NCBI GenBank assembly: GCA_964016885.1
Contig: OZ024758.1
Span: 22,754,001-22,818,000, forward strand
Length of the DNA stretch: 64,000 nt
From: Eledone cirrhosa
Taxonomy: Eukaryota
Reading direction: 5' to 3'
A program made the position numbers and the translations under genes. Each line of letters starts with the position of its first letter. Positions within the stretch are counted from its first letter, which is position 1. The notes beneath the pieces are model-generated. The model was not told where the DNA came from and searched no databases. It saw only the letters and a list, made by a program, of their open reading frames with translations. Positions 1 through 13,410 of the stretch are shown here, one piece after another.

Positions 1-589
1 CATCCTACAATGATTAAATAAGTGACGTTTCCGGAAGATATATATTATACAGACAGCCACAAATGTATTGTCAGGAAGTAGGAAAGAAAATGTCAACCTT
101 ATTCTATGTCTGGCTCCCTTAGATTCCTATTATAAACTCTGATAAACCCCAACCCTCGTAGCCATTCGATGTTTAAAAAAAAAATCCTAATTAAATATTA
201 TTAAGGATTATATTATTAAAATATCTTGTGTGTTGTAAAAATACAACCAATTTAACGTCCATAAACTTTAGCAACTAACGTATTTTCTATGTTTAGTAGT
301 AGTAAAGTAAGTCACATTTACAAATTATGAAAAATATGAAGAATTTATTATATTTAAATAAATCGAAGGAAGAAAAGAGCCTTATGAGTGAAATAAATTA
401 CTCCAATAGTAACCAGTTCGTATCTCTCTTTCTCTAGTGAGTGTCTGTGTCTCGGGGGTAACCTCTCTCTTCTGTGTGTGTATGTGTGTATGTGTGTATG
501 TGTGTCTGTCTGTCTGTCTCTGTGTCTCTGTGTGTGCGTGCGTGCGTGCGTGCGTGCGTGTCTGTCTGTCTGTCTGTCTGTCTGTGTCT

Positions 590-629
<40 letters not shown>

Positions 630-630
<1 letters not shown>

Positions 631-738
631 GGGCTTAATCACACCAAGGTACTCAATACATTAGAGTATACACAACAACATTTAATGTAGAAAAGGCTTC
701 TACAGGACTAGAACCGTTTCATTCGAAAGAAATCATTC

Positions 739-739
<1 letters not shown>
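630..739 (-). mobile_element. Penelope-like terminal remnant with 5'-truncated hammerhead core (copy 1 of 3)
   Basis: Shares GGTACTCAATAC...TTCTACAGGACTAGAACCGTTTCATTCG..AAATCAT with 1074-1201 and 1425-1560. Minus strand reads ...TGA-tttc-N4-gaat-GAAAC-ggttcta-GTC. Flanked by microsatellites. Confidence 0.55.
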
Positions 740-783
<44 letters not shown>

Positions 784-1073
784 TATATACATACATATGT
801 ATAGCTGTGTTTATGATATATAGTATGTATGTATTATGTGTACACACTACACACATCCAATGCCAGCTAAAGCCCCTTCCTCTAATATACTGGAAACACA
901 CACACACACGCTCTCTCTCTCACACACACATACATATATATATATCGTTCTTCCTGGTACCAGATATATATAATACTTCTTCTTCCAAGCGTGAAACTAA
1001 TACACTTCATGTTACTGCATCCTCTTGTGTGTTCATTTTTTTGTTTCCTTGATCTATATATATATATATATAT

Positions 1074-1201
1074 AGGTAGGTTGCCGAGGGGACAACAGTT
1101 AAAGCCGGTACTCAATACATTGATAGAGTATAAACATCTTTATTGTATATAGAAATGACTTCTACAAGACTAGAACAGTTTCATTCGTATGAAATCATCA
1201 A
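1074..1201 (-). mobile_element. Penelope-like terminal remnant with truncated hammerhead core (copy 2)
   Basis: Minus strand TGATGA-tttc-atac-gaat-GAAAC-tgttcta-GTC-ttgtagaag; embedded in (AT)n/(AC)n. Confidence 0.6.
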
Positions 1202-1231
1202 TACATATACGCGCGTGTGTGTGTATGTATG

Positions 1232-1319
<88 letters not shown>

Positions 1320-1392
1320 AGGATATTATCACCAGAATATTTTCCGGTAGGAAAGACTGACTGGCATTGGGTGTGCGTACATATACACAAAC

Positions 1393-1424
<32 letters not shown>

Positions 1425-1428
<4 letters not shown>

Positions 1429-1560
1429 GGTAAGTTATCTCGGGTTCAATCGGGGGTAACCACAATAAGTAAGGTACTCAATACATAGCAGAGTATAAAA
1501 GTTTTAATGTAGAAGAGATTCTACAGGACTAGAACCGTTTCATTCGTGAGAAATCATCAA
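1425..1560 (-). mobile_element. Penelope-like terminal remnant with truncated hammerhead core (copy 3)
   Basis: Minus strand TGATGA-tttc-tcac-gaat-GAAAC-ggttcta-GTC-ctgtagaa (1519-1559); (AT)n on both sides. Confidence 0.6.
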
Positions 1561-2375
1561 TATATATATATATATATATATATATTACTCTCACAACAAC
1601 ACATACGTATATATGTGTCTGTGTATGTATGTATGTATATATATATATATAAGAGAGAGAAAGAGAGGTAGACATTTAGAGAGAATGGTAATCATACAAT
1701 CCAGTGTTCTAAACACAAGGAAACGTTCTATGAAAGAAATGTAGCAGTCACTAAAAAGAAACCCCGTTTTAATCTCTACTATAGAAATATATGTTTTTCA
1801 CTTAACCTTGTGCCTTTATATAATTCTATTAAAACAATATTTGTATTGCTTACATAAAGGTTTTATTTTTTTACACAAACAGTCACATTTACACAGCTTT
1901 ATGGATGTATATATAATTGTAAATTAATACACAGTCTCTCCCATTTCCTACTTTGTAATGCAGCACTTCGCTGGCCAGAAATGAATTACCAATGAGAGTG
2001 TGTAACTAATGTCAAAAAGACGAAACAGTCTCCACGTATGAAGAAGAAAGAGTGGAATTATTAAACCCCATGAGAAAACCCAAGGCGTATTTATCAAATG
2101 AAGTATTTGAAATATTCTATGAAGATGCTTTCTAGCTCAACGGTGAAACAAGAGAGAAAGCCGGTAAAGACATATGGGATATCTGTTAGATAAACATGAT
2201 CTACGTTAAACATGATCTACGTTAGGCAAAATAACAAATAATTTGGCGAAAATAATAATAAAATGAGAAATAGGAAGAGAAAACAAAACATAAGATATTT
2301 TTTTTTTAAGGGAGAAAGAGAGAGAGGGGTGTGGGTTATATGTATAATCAAGCAGAGAATAGATGAAGAACTAAC

Positions 2376-3420
2376 CTTGTTTGAGAGATATGAGTCGGAA
2401 TATAATATTGTGTGGTTTAAATAAGTATATAGCCACTCTTGTTCTGACACAATGTAAATAATATGACACTGCTGGTTCGGTTGCTTTACAATCTATCTTC
2501 TTATAGACTCTTCCAGTTGTTCATCTTGATTAGGCAAACATTAGTTGCCTATCAAGTCCGACAACAGTTTTAAAAAAAAAACAACAACAAAAATAAACAA
2601 ACTATCAACAGAGAAGGTTTGGTAAAGCCACTACAGAATCAGGAACGATTCCTTCAGCATCATTGCAACAGAGTTGTTCCATTTCGTATTATCATTATCA
2701 TATTGGTGTAACAAGCGACCAGCTGACTATATTCGATGCCATGGCCAACAGGACTGTGAATATAAGCCAAACAACACTTCCCTCCACACTTGAAATCATC
2801 GAGATATAGTAGATTAGTTGTGAAGTCGTAGTGAGAGGAGCACCGACTGCTTCTATACTGCAGATATAGAGGCGGTGGTGACGAGAGAGAGAGAAAGAAA
2901 GAGTGACAGAGAAAGAGAACGTTTGACGAAGCAGTTAATATGTTACTAGTACGGTGCGTGTGTGTGCGCGCTTATTGAATAATGAATGTGTCTCTACTAT
3001 TATTACATGTGAAGCCGTATTATTATTATTATTTTATGGATAGTATAGATAGTATATAGCTTGTAATACGAAGGAACACTTTATAATATTTTATAGTGTG
3101 TGTACGCCATCTAGTATTATTTCATATATTTTTAGAGTGTGTTGTATAGTATTTAGCATAGGCGAGGAAGTAGATTGCCGGATAGAGTAGTAGTAGTATC
3201 TCTAATCCATTCTATGCGGTACTTATTTAATCGTTTGTATAGTAGTGAGCGGACTATATGAAGTTGTAGTTAGTAGTGATATGTCAACTAAAAATTATAT
3301 TGGTTTCGTATAATGGAAACACCACCTCAAAACAAAACAGAAATAAGGATAAAAATAAAGGGCGTGCAGAGAGCAATTAATCTTTATTTTTCTTTATGGG
3401 CGGGACCGGACATTTATCAA
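2376..3420 (-). promoter_or_regulatory. Candidate promoter and non-coding first exon of a minus-strand transcript
   Basis: Transposon-free, relatively CpG-rich stretch. GC box GGGCGGG at 3398-3404 and a minus-strand donor AAG/GTTAGT at about 2375. No convincing ORF. Confidence 0.3.
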
Positions 3421-4551
3421 ACATTTCTTATCAGAAGTGACGATTACACCCATAGATTTACAAACATTTTTTATTCTCCTTGGAGGTGAATAAATATTTC
3501 TGCCCAGTTATGTTGTTCGTGGGTTTTACATAAACACAATATGCTCCACTATAAAACATTACACTAAACATTTAGGAACAAATCTACCGATATAACATAT
3601 AAAACAACAACAAAACACTCTTCCCTCATAGCAATTGTATTTATTGTTACTATGAAACTATGCCTATCCTAATCTCTATTTGTTCATTACTACACTAACT
3701 TTGCACAAAACCACTTGCAATACTTCTATTTCTACGATTGAAGGAACAAAACAAACGCCCCCTCCCCCCGCCTTCTGAAGCTATTATTTATTCTTGGAAC
3801 TCTCTGATTCACCTAGAACAAAGAGTTAACCAAAAAGGAAAAGCGAACTCATCCTATTTTAGTCAGAACTTACACAAGCTTTCAAGACCTTCCTCAACAG
3901 TACACCTACATATATATAATATTGGTGTGTTTTGGTGATTCTATGTTCATCTAATAACTGTTTATCACATGATGGGGCAGGTTTGCTCCCTTACTTAAAC
4001 CGGATATTGAGATGTAGCATTATTTCAGACCTACCAACCTCAAAAAATCCAAACGGGGAGAAATGAGGCAAAATGGGGAGATTTAACATAATGAAGCTAT
4101 ACCCATTTTCACAAGAGAAGACATCTCTCACCCACCCACTTTGGGGTGGGTGATCTCCCCGTTGGACGAGGAGAATTGACAGGTCTGTGTTTTACTCAGC
4201 AAAGTCAACCCTACCAAATATCTTAGGGTTCATAAAAAGGTTAATTATTTCCAATTTAAATTTATCCACCTTGTGATGGAACAAGAAATCAGAAAATGGG
4301 TTTCTGGTGCCATCACAAACTGGGTGGGTGATCTCTCCGTCGGACAGGGAGAATTGACAGGTCTGTTATTTGTTGTATAAAGTCTTTGATACACAGATCT
4401 TTTGTGGCAACTTTTTTTTACAGCAGTTTATTCAATGATTCAAATAGCGACAGAGTTTTACATCTTCCAGTCTCTTTCAGAATTCAGACAGTGTACATGC
4501 ATGTTTGAAAATTGTCTTTATAGTATTCCAGACCACAACGGATTGTATTAA

Positions 4552-4797
4552 TCCTTTGGTGACAGATCCCTTTTCACAAGCCCTACAGAAGGCATTACTT
4601 ATTTTTCAAAAAACATTATCAAAAATGAAGTGTATGATAAATAAATCACAGAACACAGCAAACTATCATGGAAGCTGCTATTGAAAGGCCCAGATGTCCT
4701 AAAAGCAATCTGACTGGCTGGTATGAAGACCAGCCAGCTAATCTCAAGGCTTGTATTATCAGGCCGATAGATCAGCCCTGTTGTCGCTTAATTGGGG
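4552..4797. mobile_element. Old piggyBac-like MITE (family 2)
   Basis: Internal sequence homologous to 55324-55621, which is bounded by TTAA-CCCTT...AAGGG-TTAA. Confidence 0.55.
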
Positions 4798-5549
4798 TTA
4801 TTTCAGAACACCAACAAATAACATACAAGCCTCATCCTACAGAATCCTTCGACTGATTTCTTCAAGTGTTGGTTAAACAATATAAGTAAAATTTTGTCAT
4901 GGATGCTTTTATTTCTAGAATAACATCACAGGTATAAAGTTCATCATCATCATCATTTTGCTTGCATGGTTGGATGGGTCCTTCTCAGCTCAGATCTTTT
5001 TGGCCTACCTCTACTGCAGCTTCAGCTTCCTTCCACAAGGATTTCCAGACACTTCTTCACCTAGCGATCATTGACCATATGCATCACATGTCCATACCAA
5101 CACTCAAAATTAGAAATCTAGATTCAGAAACAGTAGTATCACAAGCATGAGCATAATGAATTAGCTCTAATGAATGCTAGTATTTATAATCGGGATACCT
5201 TTATAAAGAGTTACAAAAGAGGACACCAAACAAGCTTTATAGTTCTATTATTATTATCATGATATGATTATCATTATTATTGTGTGTAAGGAGGGGGAGA
5301 CACATGGTGGCAAAAGAGAGATGATTGCAAAAAATGTCCATCAAGAAATGTCATGTGTTGTAAATGTGAGAGGGGGGGGGGAGCTATTTTTCTAGGGCAT
5401 GTAAGTGACGTAATAACCAATAGTTCACTCATATAATCAGTAATCTCCGAGGAATTAATTTCTTTGATATTTCTTTTGAGTTTTTCCTATTTATTGTAGG
5501 ACCTTTATCTCAGGCCCTCAATACAAGCACACTGCTGATTTTCCAGGAA

Positions 5550-8500
5550 TATTGGCTTCAGAACATTACCAAGGACTATTAGTTTCAGAGCATTGCCAAA
5601 GTCTATTGGTTTCAGAACATTACCAAAGACTATTAGTTTCAGAGCATTGCCAAAGTCTATTGGTTTCAGAGCATTACCAAGGACTATTAGTTTCAGAGCA
5701 TTGCCAAAGTCTATTGGTTTCAGAGCATTACCAAGGACTATTAGTTTCAGAGCATTGCCAAAGTCTATTGGTTTCAGAGCATTACCAAGGACTATTAGTT
5801 TCAGAGCATTGCCAAAGTCTATTGGTTTCAGAACATTACCAAAGACTATTAGTTTCAGAGCATTGCCAAAGTCTATTGGTTTCAGAGCATTACCAAGGAC
5901 TATTAGTTTCAGAGCATTGCCAAAGTCTATTGGTTTCAGAACATTACCAAGGACTATTAGTTTCAGAGCATGGCCAAAGTCTATTGGTTTCAGAACATTA
6001 CCAAAGACTATTAGTTTCAGAGCATTGCCAAAGTCTATTGGTTTCAGAGCATTGCCAAAGTCTATTGGTTTCAGAGCATTACCAAGGACTATTAGTTTCA
6101 GAGCATTGCCAAAGTCTATTGGTTTCAGAACATTACCAAAGACTATTAGTTTCAGAACATTGCCAAAGTCTATTGGTTTCAGAACATTACCAAGGACTAT
6201 TAGTTTCAGAGCATTGCCAAAGTCTATTGGTTTCAGAACATTGCCAAAGACTATTAGTTTCAGAGCATTGCCAAAGTCTATTGGTTTCAGAGCATTACCA
6301 AAGACTATTAGTTTCAGAGCATTTCCAAAGTCTATTGGTTTCAGAACATTACCAAAGACTATTAGTTTCAGAGCATTGCCAAAGTCTATTGGTTTCAGAA
6401 CATTACCAAGGACTATTAGTTTCAGAGCATGGCCAAAGTCTATTGGTTTCAGAACATTACCAAAGACTATTAGTTTCAGAACATTGCCAAAGTCTATTGG
6501 TTTCAGAACATTACCAAGGACTATTAGTTTCAGAGCATGGCCAAAGTCTATTGGTTTCAGAACATTACCAAAGACTATTAGTTTCAGAGCATGGCCAAAG
6601 TCTATTGGTTTCAGAACATTACCAAGGACTATTAGTTTCAGAGCATGGCCAAAGTCTATTGGTTTCAGAACATTACCAAAGACTATTAGTTTCAGAGCAT
6701 GGCCAAAGTCTATTGGTTTCAGAACATTACCAAAGACTATTAGTTTCAGAGCATTGCCAAAGTCTATTGGTTTCAGAACATTACCAAGGACTATTAGTTT
6801 CAGAGCATGGCCAAAGTCTATTGGTTTCAGAACATTACCAAAGACTATTAGTTTCAGAGCATGGCCAAAGTCTATTGGTTTCAGAACATTACCAAAGACT
6901 ATTAGTTTCAGAGCATTGCCAAAGTCTATTGGTTTCAGAACATTACCAAGGACTATTAGTTTCAGAGCATTGCCAAAGTCTATTGGTTTCAGAACATTAC
7001 CAAAGACTATTAGTTTCAGAGCATTGCCAAAGTCTATTGGTTTCAGAGCATTGCCAAAGTCTATTGGTTTCAGAGCATTACCAAGGACTATTAGTTTCAG
7101 AGCATTGCCAAAGTCTATTGGTTTCAGAACATTACCAAAGACTATTAGTTTCAGAACATTGCCAAAGTCTATTGGTTTCAGAACATTACCAAGGACTATT
7201 AGTTTCAGAGCATTGCCAAAGTCTATTGGTTTCAGAACATTGCCAAAGACTATTAGTTTCAGAGCATTGCCAAAGTCTATTGGTTTCAGAGCATTACCAA
7301 AGACTATTAGTTTCAGAGCATTTCCAAAGTCTATTGGTTTCAGAACATTACCAAGGACTATTAGTTTCAGAGCATGGCCAAAGTCTATTGGTTTCAGAAC
7401 ATTACCAAAGACTATTAGTTTCAGAGCATTGCCAAAGTCTATTGGTTTCAGAACATTACCAAGGACTATTAGTTTCAGAGCATGGCCAAAGTCTATTGGT
7501 TTCAGAACATTACCAAAGACTATTAGTTTCAGAGCATGGCCAAAGTCTATTGGTTTCAGAACATTACCAAAGACTATTAGTTTCAGAGCATTGCCAAAGT
7601 CTATTGGTTTCAGAACATTACCAAGGACTATTAGTTTCAGAGCATGGCCAAAGTCTATTGGTTTCAGAACATTACCAAAGACTATTAGTTTCAGAGCATG
7701 GCCAAAGTCTATTGGTTTCAGAACATTACCAAAGACTATTAGTTTCAGAGCATTGCCAAAGTCTATTGGTTTCAGAACATTACCAAGGACTATTAGTTTC
7801 AGAGCATTGCCAAAGTCTATTGGTTTCAGAACATTACCAAAGACTATTAGTTTCAGAGCATTGCCAAAGTCTATTGGTTTCAGAACATTACCAAGGACTA
7901 TTAGTTTCAGAGCATTGCCAAAGTCTATTGGTTTCAGAGCATTACCAAAGACTATTAGTTTCAGAGCATTGCCAAAGTCTATTGGTTTCAGAGCATTACC
8001 AAAGACTATTAGTTTCAGAGCATTGCCAAAGTCTATTGGTTTCAGAACATTACCAAGGACTATTAGTTTCAGAGCATTGCCAAAGTCTATTGGTTTCAGA
8101 ACATTACCAAAGACTATTAGTTTCAGAGCATTGCCAAAGTCTATTGGTTTCAGAACATTACCAAGGACTATTAGTTTCAGAGCATTGCCAAAGTCTATTG
8201 GTTTCAGAACATTGCCAAAGACTATTAGTTTCAGAGCATTGCCAAAGTCTATTGGTTTCAGAGCATTACCAAAGACTATTAGTTTCAGAGCATTGCCAAA
8301 GTCTATTGGTTTCAGAACATTACCAAAGACTATTAGTTTCAGAGCATTGCCAAAGTCTATTGGTTTCAGAACATTACCAAGGACTATTAGTTTCAGAGCA
8401 TTGCCAAAGTCTATTGGTTTCAGAACATTGCCAAAGACAATTAGTTTCAGAGCATTGCCAAAGTCTATTGGTTTCAGAACATTACCAAGGACTATTAGTT

Positions 8501-8866
8501 TCAGAGCATGGCCAAAGTCTATTGGTTTCAGAACATTACCAAGGACTATTAGTTTCAGAGCATTGCCAAAGTCTATTGGTTTCAGAACATTGCCAAAGAC
8601 TATTAGTTTCAGAGCATTGCCAAAGTCTATTGGTTTCAGAGCATTACCAAAGACTATTAGTTTCAGAGCATTGCCAAAGTCTATTGGTTTCAGAGCATTA
8701 CCAAAGACTATTAGTTTCAGAGCATTGCCAAAGTCTATTGGTTTCAGAGCATTACCAAGGACTATTAGTTTCAGAGCATGGCCAAAGTCTATTGGTTTCA
8801 GAACATTACCAAAGACTATTAGTTTCAGAGCATGGCCAAAGTCTATTAGTTTCAGAGCATTGCCAA
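5550..8866. repeat. 27-bp minisatellite organised as a 54-bp A/B dimer, about 3.3 kb
   Basis: Alternating TATTGGTTTCAGAACATTACCAA(A/G)GAC and TATTAGTTTCAGAGCAT(T/G)GCCAAAGTC, about 120 monomers. Confidence 0.97.
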
Positions 8867-9359
8867 ATTGTAGGTCAGAGAACAATTTAGGGTAATTTCA
8901 AAAGGGACTACTACTATGTTACTAATAATCTTTTCTCTCTAGCAAAACCTTTATAACATACCTTTGTTTATTTGACACAACATATTATGAAGGCAAGAAC
9001 ACACTCCCTAATCCTTACCCCTTAGCTATAATAATATAAAGGCACACATGCTTTGACACTTGTACTCTATTTGGGAGTTATAACTATGGATAAATGAAGT
9101 CAAAACAGGTTATATATTTCTTCAATTCACTAAAGGTTGTAGTAGCTACTGATATCTAGATATTCATATGATAGTAAATGACTATCAGCTCTGACTGTGG
9201 CGACTTAGTTTCCAGCTGTTGCACTCTTCACTAATTTCACAGCAAACATAAAATCTATTGAGACACCCACTCAAAGTTATTCTGATGAATGAAAACTTCA
9301 AAAGACAAAAAATAAACTACTCCATTAAAAAATGCAATAAATACAGAACTAAGTAACAT

Positions 9360-10584
9360 ATTGTAGAGAGCTCAGATTGTAACTCATTGTAGAGAGCTCA
9401 GGTTGTAACACAGAACCATATAACTCATTGTAGAGAGCTCAGGTTGTAACATAGTACCATGTAACTCATTGTAGAGAGTTCAGGTTGTAACATAGTACCA
9501 TGTAACTCATTGTAGAGAGCTGAGATTGTAACATAAAACCAAGTAACTCAGTGTAGAGAGCTCAGATTGTAACTCATTGTAAAGAGTTCAGGCTGTAACA
9601 TAGAACCAAGTAACTCATTGTAGAGAGTTCATGTTGTAAGATAGAACTATGTAACTCATTGTAGAGAGCTCAAGTTGTAACAGAGAACCATGTAACTCAT
9701 TGTAGAGAGCTCAGGTTGTAACACAGAACCATGTAACTCATTGTAGAGAGCTCAGGTTGTAACACAGAACCATGTAACTCATTGTAGAGAGCTCAGGCTG
9801 TAACACAGAACCATGTAACTCATTGTAGAGAGTTCAGGTTGTAACACAGAACCATGTAACTCATTGTAGAGAGCTCAGGTTGTAACACAGAACCATGTAA
9901 CTCATTGTAGAAAGTTCAGGCTGTAACACAGAACCATGTAACTCATTGTAGAGAGTTCAGGTTGTAACACAGAACCATGTAACTCATTGTAGAGAGCTCA
10001 GGTTGTAACACAGAACCATGTAACTCATTGTAGAGAGTTCAGGCTGTAACACAGAACCATGTAACTCATTGTAGAGAGTTCAGGTTGTAACACAGAACCA
10101 TGTAACTCATTGTAGAGAGCTCAGGTTGTAACACAGAACCATGTAACTCATTGTAGAGAGCTCAGGCTGTAACACAGAACCATGTAACTCATTGTAGAGA
10201 GCTCAGGCTGTAACACAGAACCATGTAACTCATTGTAGAGAGCTCAGGCTGTAACATAGAACCAAGTAACTCATTGTAGAGAGTTCAGGCTGTAACACAG
10301 AACCATGTAACTCATTGTAGAGAGCTCAGGCTGTAACATAGAACCAAGTAACTCATTGTAGAGAGCTCAGGTTGTAACACAGAACCATGTAACTCATTGT
10401 AGAGAGCTCAGGCTGTAACACAGAACCATGTAACTCATTGTAGAGAGCTCAGGCTGTAACATAGAACCAAGTAACTCATGGTAGAGAGTTCAGGTTGTAA
10501 CACAGAACCATGTAACTCATTGTAGAGAGCTCAGGCTGTAACATAGAACCAAGTAACTCATGGTAGAGAGTTCAGGTTGTAACA
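9360..10584. repeat. 41-bp minisatellite
   Basis: Unit GTAACTCATTGTAGAGAGCTCAGGTTGTAACACAGAACCAT, about 29 copies, more degenerate at the left end. Confidence 0.96.
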
Positions 10585-10729
10585 AAAAACGAAAATCTCA
10601 AATGGTGCTTTCTTATTTCTCAACTATTATCAACATTCATATGTGTTGTATACTATTCTTCATGCCTTTTCCATGTCTGTCTTTGACAAAACTAATACAT
10701 ATTAATATTATGACATTTATATCTAATGT

Positions 10730-11180
10730 AACATTAATGTGGATGAACAATGAATCACAGATGAGTTGAAGGAAAAACTAAGCATAAGAGGACTCAGATC
10801 AGGACTCAATAGGCTTGAGTGAAGATTGCACTGGTATGGAAAAAGTGGTGTCACAACAAAAAGCACCCAGTTCGCATTGTAAATGTGGTTGGCATTAAGA
10901 AGGGTATCCAGCCATAGAAACCAATCCAGAAGAGGTTCTATAAGAGCAATACACAGTCATCTGATCTGACTTGTCTCACAAGGGGAGATGATAGTTGGGT
11001 GAAGAAGTGCATGTAGTTCCAAGTAGAAGATAGCTAGAAAAGGAAGATCTGGGCAGAAGTGGTGAGAGCAAATCTCAAGATGTTGAACCTCATGGAAGAG
11101 ATGATGAAGAAACACAACAGGTATGCTGGAAAAGACTCATCCAACACATGCTACCATGGAAAAGCAGATATAAATCCAAT
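10730..11180 (+). mobile_element. Degenerate RTE LINE 3' fragment interrupted by an RTE-tail module
   Basis: Decayed similarity to the RTE ORF ends at 25937 and 43998; inner 10846-10980 has AAGAAGGGTATCCAGCCATAGAAA. Confidence 0.5.
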
Positions 11181-11234
11181 ATTATACTTATATAGGCATG
11201 AAACCTAGTACATTTATAGCTTTACTAATAGTGT

Positions 11235-11502
11235 TAACTCTCGTTCTGATTGATCAACAAGATCCCAGACCTTATTCACTTGCCAAGTGGAGAGGACCTC
11301 GTCAAATCAGACCAAGGAAACAATGTTTCCATTGATCTCTGCATTGCTGATACTATTTACTGGTTGCAACTCCTGGCAGAAGGAGCAACGTGAAATAAAG
11401 CGTCTTGCTCAAGGACACAACGCATCACCCAATCCGAGAATTGAACTCGCAACCTCACGATTGTGAATCCAACTCACTAACCACTAGGCCACGTGCATTC
11501 AC
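11235..11502 (-). mobile_element. tRNA-derived CORE-type SINE, family C
   Basis: Minus strand A box TGGCCTAGTGG, B box GAGTTCAATTC, CORE-like GTCCTTGAGCAAGACGCTTT. Body shared with 60245-60427. Confidence 0.75.
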
Positions 11503-11706
11503 TATACAAGTGAAATAATTTCAACTCGGAATAAAAACTGGGTTACTGACATGCTTCAATGAACTCCTGTAGCATAGCTTTTTTTTCATCAACATAGACA
11601 CAATTACATTCTTTTCTTGCATATAGAAGAGGTTGATATATGGTCAATTAACTTAGCCACAGTATGCTTCATGCACTTTATTTTGGGGGCTCTCATATAT
11701 AAAAAG

Positions 11707-13190
11707 CCATGACAAAAAGTACCCAGTCCACACTGCAAAGTGGTTGTTTTGGTGCCATGACAAAAAGCACCCAGTTCAGACTGTAAAGTGGTTGTGTTGG
11801 TGCCATGACAAAAAGCACCCAGTCCACACTGTAAAGTGGTTGTTTTGGTGCCATGACAAAAAGCACCCAGTCCACACTGTAAAGTGGTTGTGTTGGTGCC
11901 ATGACAAAAAGTACCCAGTCCACACTGTAAAGTGGTTGTGTTGGTGCCATGACAAAAAGCACCCAGTCCACACTGTAAAGTGGTTGTTTTGGTGCCATGA
12001 CAAAAAGCACCCAGTCCACACTGTAAAGTGGTCGTGTTGGTGCCATGACAAAAAGCACCCAGTCCACACTGCAAAGTGGATGTTTTGGTGCCATGACAAA
12101 AAGCACCCAGTCCACACTGCAAAGTGGATGTTTTGGTGCCATGACAAAAAGCACTCAGTTCAGACTGTAAAGTGGTTGTGTTGGTGCCATGACAAAAAGC
12201 ACCCAGTTCAGACTGTAAAGTGGTTGTGTTGGTGCCATGACAAAAAGCACCCAGTCCACACTGCAAAGTGGATGTTTTGGTGCCATGACAAAAAGCACCC
12301 AGTTCAGACTGTAAAGTGGTTGTGTTGGTGCCATGACAAAAAGCACCCAGTCCACACTGCAAAGTGGATGTTTTGGTGCCATGACAAAAAGCACCCAGTT
12401 CAGACTGTAAAGTGGTTGTGTTAGTGCCATGACAAAAAGCACCCAGTCCACACTGCAAAGTGGTTGTGTTGGTGCCATGACAAAAAGCACCCAGTCCACA
12501 CTGCAAAGTGGATGTTTTGGTGCCATGACAAAAAGCACCCAGTTCAGACTGTAAAGTGGTTGTGTTGGTGCCATGACAAAAAGCACCCAGTCCACACTGT
12601 AAAGTGGTTGTTTTGGTGCCATGACAAAAAGCACCCAGTTCAGACTGTAAAGTGGTTGTGTTGGTGCCATGACAAAAAGCACCCAGTCCACACTGCAAAG
12701 TGGATGTTTTGGTGCCATGACAAAAAGCACCCAGTCCACACTGTAAAGTGGTTGTTTTGGTGCCATGACAAAAAGCACCCAGTCCACACTGTAAAGTGGT
12801 TGTTTTGGTGCCATGACAAAAAGCACCCAGTCCACACTGCAATGTGGATGTTTTGGTGCCATGACAAAAAGCACCCAGTCCACACTGTAAAGTGGATGTT
12901 TTGGTGCCATGACAAAAAGCACCCAGTCCACACTGCAAAGTGGTTGTGTTGGTGCCATGACAAAAAGCACCCAGTCCACACTGTAAAGTGGTTGTGTTGG
13001 TGCCATGACAAAAAGAGCCCAGTCCACAATGTAAGGCAGTCATTTTGGTGTCACGATAAAAAGCACACAGTCCACACTGTAAATGTGGCTGGCGTTAAGA
13101 AGGGCATCCAGTCGTAGAAACCAAGCCATAAACAGTTCTGCATGAACAAGACTCAGTCATCTGATCTGACTTGTCTCACAATTGGACAAA
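11707..13190 (+). repeat. 48-bp minisatellite (about 28 copies) expanded inside a retroposon tail module
   Basis: Unit CCATGACAAAAAGCACCCAGTCCACACTGTAAAGTGGTTGTGTTGGTG runs directly into GGCGTTAAGAAGGGCATCCAGTCGTAGAAA at about 13090. Confidence 0.93.
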
Positions 13191-13410
13191 CAGGTTTTCT
13201 ACGGCTGGATGTCCTTCCTATCACCAACCACTCTACAGTGTGTACCACGTGTGATTATCCTGTACATCACCAGCACTAGGGAGGTTAGCTGAAAAGACCA
13301 CGTGATTCTTTATTTGGCAAGTTTTTTTACATTTGAATGTCTTTCCTATTGCCAATCAAAGTATAAGACTTAAATTTAACTTTTGAATGACAAGAAGAGA
13401 AACTTGTTTA

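Noticed and set aside
5505-8885. 1126-aa ORF resembling leucine-rich or FNIP repeats
   Set aside because: Three frames are open because the stop-free period is 27 bp. There are no flanking domains and the period does not match FNIP or LRR.
9360-10584. CRISPR-like regular repeats
   Set aside because: Contiguous tandem units with no unique spacers and no cas genes; eukaryotic context.
11604-13117. Cys/His-rich repeat ORFs (zinc-finger-like)
   Set aside because: Translations of the 48-bp retroposon-derived array; no C2H2 spacing.
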